NCBI RefSeq assembly: GCF_006345805.1
Contig: NC_042997.1
Location: 207,700,001-207,764,000 of the forward strand
DNA length: 64,000 nucleotides
Direction: 5' to 3'
From: Octopus sinensis
Taxonomy: Eukaryota
Below, piece by piece: positions 61,399 to 64,000 of the stretch. The translations under genes and the position numbers were made by a program. The notes under the pieces are model-generated. The model saw only the letters and a program-made list of their open reading frames with translations, was not told where the DNA came from and made no database searches. Positions within the stretch are counted from its first letter, which is position 1. Every line of letters starts with the position of its first letter.

Positions 61399-62429
61399 GT
61401 AAGTATATTATAATCCATCATCATCTACCCACCCTTCCTATTGTCCTGAGCTGGACAGACTGTCACTGTCCACATTGATTGCTGTTTAGAATCCTTTCTC
61501 ACTCAGAGAGGACAGAGGATGTCATGTTTCTCACACATTCCATGTTTGGCATCGTTTCTACTGCCAGGTCCCCTTCCTAACGTCTTCTGCTCTAGAGTAA
61601 ACCAGGTGTATTTTATTATTGTGGAACCAACACTTTTACTTGTTTTTCTTGCTGGATTGGGAGGAAGGGGCTTCCCATCCCTTTTCAGACCCTTCTAAAC
61701 TGTGGGGATTGGTTAGCATTAATGCTTCTCTTTAATCTTTGTAAATCAACAATTGCAAGAAAGGCATTAGAAGGGGTGTTGTTGATTGCTAGATTTACAT
61801 ATCAGGTTGCTCTTGTGCACCACTGGTACCATGTAATCCAGTACAACCTGTTACATGGTCGGGTCGTTGGTGACTTAACGCCACCGAGCATTGCTTAGTT
61901 GGGAGGGTGATTGTTGGACACCCTGCGGGACCAAAATAAGACTCGTTAAAGGGCAAAGGAACTGCTCTTGTAGTCAATGGTCATTCAAGACTGTGTGTTA
62001 AGGTAGCATGATACTCTTTAGCTTTGGTTAGCAACCTTCCTTGAGATGGTGTCTAAATAAAAATACTTTAGGAGTAGATGGTTTACCTGTCGCCCAGTTT
62101 TGCACTCCTACCTAGCTTATTGGTTTGAAAAGAGCACCGCAACCGGATATTAGAAGGGTGTGAGTTCGATCCTCATGGCTGGCTGCTGGCAAATTGTTTT
62201 GCTCTTAAAAGGATTTTATCCTTTATATATATATATATAACGGGAAGGTTTACGAAAATAAACAAAAGACGAAGGCAGGTGGAGTACAAACAAACAAATG
62301 TATTAGTATGGCGCTCAGGAATAGAAATAGAACTAGTCTTTTACGTTTCAAGCCTATGCTCTTCGACAGAAAGATACACAGAAAAAAACAAGGAGAGAAA
62401 AAAATGTGTGTAGGAGCTAACGATCTATC

Positions 62430-62514
<85 letters not shown>

Positions 62515-62609
62515 CTGTTCAGTATTTATGCGTTGAATAAAAAAATCTTTCTACTTGTTCTACAATACATTTTAACGCTTTGAAAACAAACTCGTTTTAT
62601 ATATATATT

Positions 62610-64000
62610 ACAGGGGTATCAAGCTGCTGGATCAGGTAATGAAGGTTACGGAGAGGGTTATAGCCCAACTAATTAGAGAGAGAGTTAGCCTAGATCAGAT
62701 GCAGTTTGGGTTAGTGCCAGGGAAAAGTACTACTGATGCTATTTTCATGGTAAGACAGCTGCAGGAGAAATACCTAGCCAAAGACAAGCCCCTATACCTG
62801 GCTTTTGTTGATATGGAGAAAGCCTTCGACAGGGTCCCCTGATCCCTCATCTGGTGGTCAATGAGGAAACTAGGGATAGATGAATGGTTAGTGAAAGCTG
62901 TACAAGCCATGTACAGAGACGCTGCTAGTAAGGTGAGGGTTGGCATCGAGTACAGTGAAGAATTCAGGGTAGAGGTTGGGGTCCACCAAGGTTCAGTCCT
63001 CAGTCCCCTCCTATTTATCATAGTCCTCCAGGCAATAACGGAGGAATTCAAGACAGGATGCCCCTGGGAGCTCCTCTATGCTGATTACCTTGCTCTAATT
63101 GCTGAGTCTCTATCAGAACTAGAGAAGTTTCAGGTATGGAAGCAAGGTTTAGAATTGAAGGGCCTTAGAATCAACCTAGCCAAAACCAAAGTCCTAATAA
63201 GTAGGAAGGTAGACCAATCACAAACGCCTTCAGGTAGATGGCCCTGCTTGATCTGTAGAAAAGGTGTAGGTAGAAACTCTATAAGATGCACCAAGTGTAA
63301 GCTATGGACACATAAGAGGTGCAGCAATGTCAAAGGAAGGCTAACTAGGAAGATGGTTTTTGTATGTGGCAGATGCTCAGGAACGATAAACACTGAAAAT
63401 GCTCTGAGACCAACTTCCGTCACTTTCCAGGGAGAAAAACTAGAAGTAGTTGATAGTTTCCGTTACCTAGGTGACCAAGTCAGTAGCGGGGGCGGGTGTG
63501 CTGAAAGTATAACTGCTAGAGTAAGAATAGCCTGGGCAAAGTTTAGAGAGCTCTTACCCCTGCTGGTGACAAAAGGCCTCTCGCTCAAAGTAAAAGGCAG
63601 ACTGTATGATGCATGTGTACGTACAGCCATGCTACATGGTAGTGAAACTTGGGCTGTGACTGCTGAGGATTTGCATAAGCTCGCAAGAAATGAAGCTAGT
63701 ATGCTCCGATGGATGTGTAACGTCAGTGTTCATAATCGACAGAGTGTAAGTACCTTGAGAGAAAAGTTGAACCTAAGAAGCATCAGTTGTTGTGTGCGAA
63801 AGTGCCACACCCTGGCAGTTGAGGGGACCTGTGGAAGAGGTAGACCCAGGAAAACCTGGGTCGAGGTGGTGAAGCACGACCTTCGAACTTTAGGTCTCAC
63901 CAAGGAAATGACCAGTGACCGAGACCTTTGGAAGTATGCTGTGCGTGAGAAAACCCGGCAAGACCAGTGAGAACAGTCAAAATCGAAATCAAACCAAATT
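62610..64000 (+). mobile_element. Young 5'-truncated RTE LINE (runs off the window)
   Basis: ORF 62861-63970 is RT with YADY in place of YADD; begins in a (TA)n tract; ~57-bp internal deletion near 63790. Confidence 0.93.

Overview
This is AT-rich animal genomic DNA. The SINE, RTE-LINE and microsatellite content points to an octopod cephalopod, which is inferred from repeat style and not from a database hit. Most of the window is repeats: RTE, R4/Dong and CR1 LINEs, a mariner relic, Helitrons, MITEs, a Penelope-type endonuclease ORF, SINEs, a 166-bp satellite and very long (TA)n and (ATT)n tracts. Within these repeats, on the + strand, lie two tandem paralogues of a macrodomain-PARP (PARP14/15-like mono-ADP-ribosyltransferase), 61,149 bp apart. 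Gene 1 contributes its last two catalytic exons (72-249, 13008-13276). Gene 2 can be reconstructed almost completely by splice-phase matching: a putative non-coding exon ending at 20370, an ATG exon (30542-30554), two copies of a 4-exon macrodomain module (37980-45544 and 50628-55200), then PARP exons 60713-60846 and 61221-61398. Its final exon lies beyond the window. Four observations stand out. (1) A canonical GAS site and a consensus ISRE lie within 100 bp upstream of gene 2's first splice donor, as in a vertebrate interferon-stimulated gene. (2) Duplicated exons have diverged much more than their adjacent introns, almost entirely by amino-acid-changing substitutions. (3) The two-macrodomain architecture arose by a recent phase-1/phase-1 exon-block duplication. 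(4) Two macro exons carry homopolymer-type frameshifts that could be consensus errors or pseudogenisation. All alignments and counts were done by eye; no searches were run.
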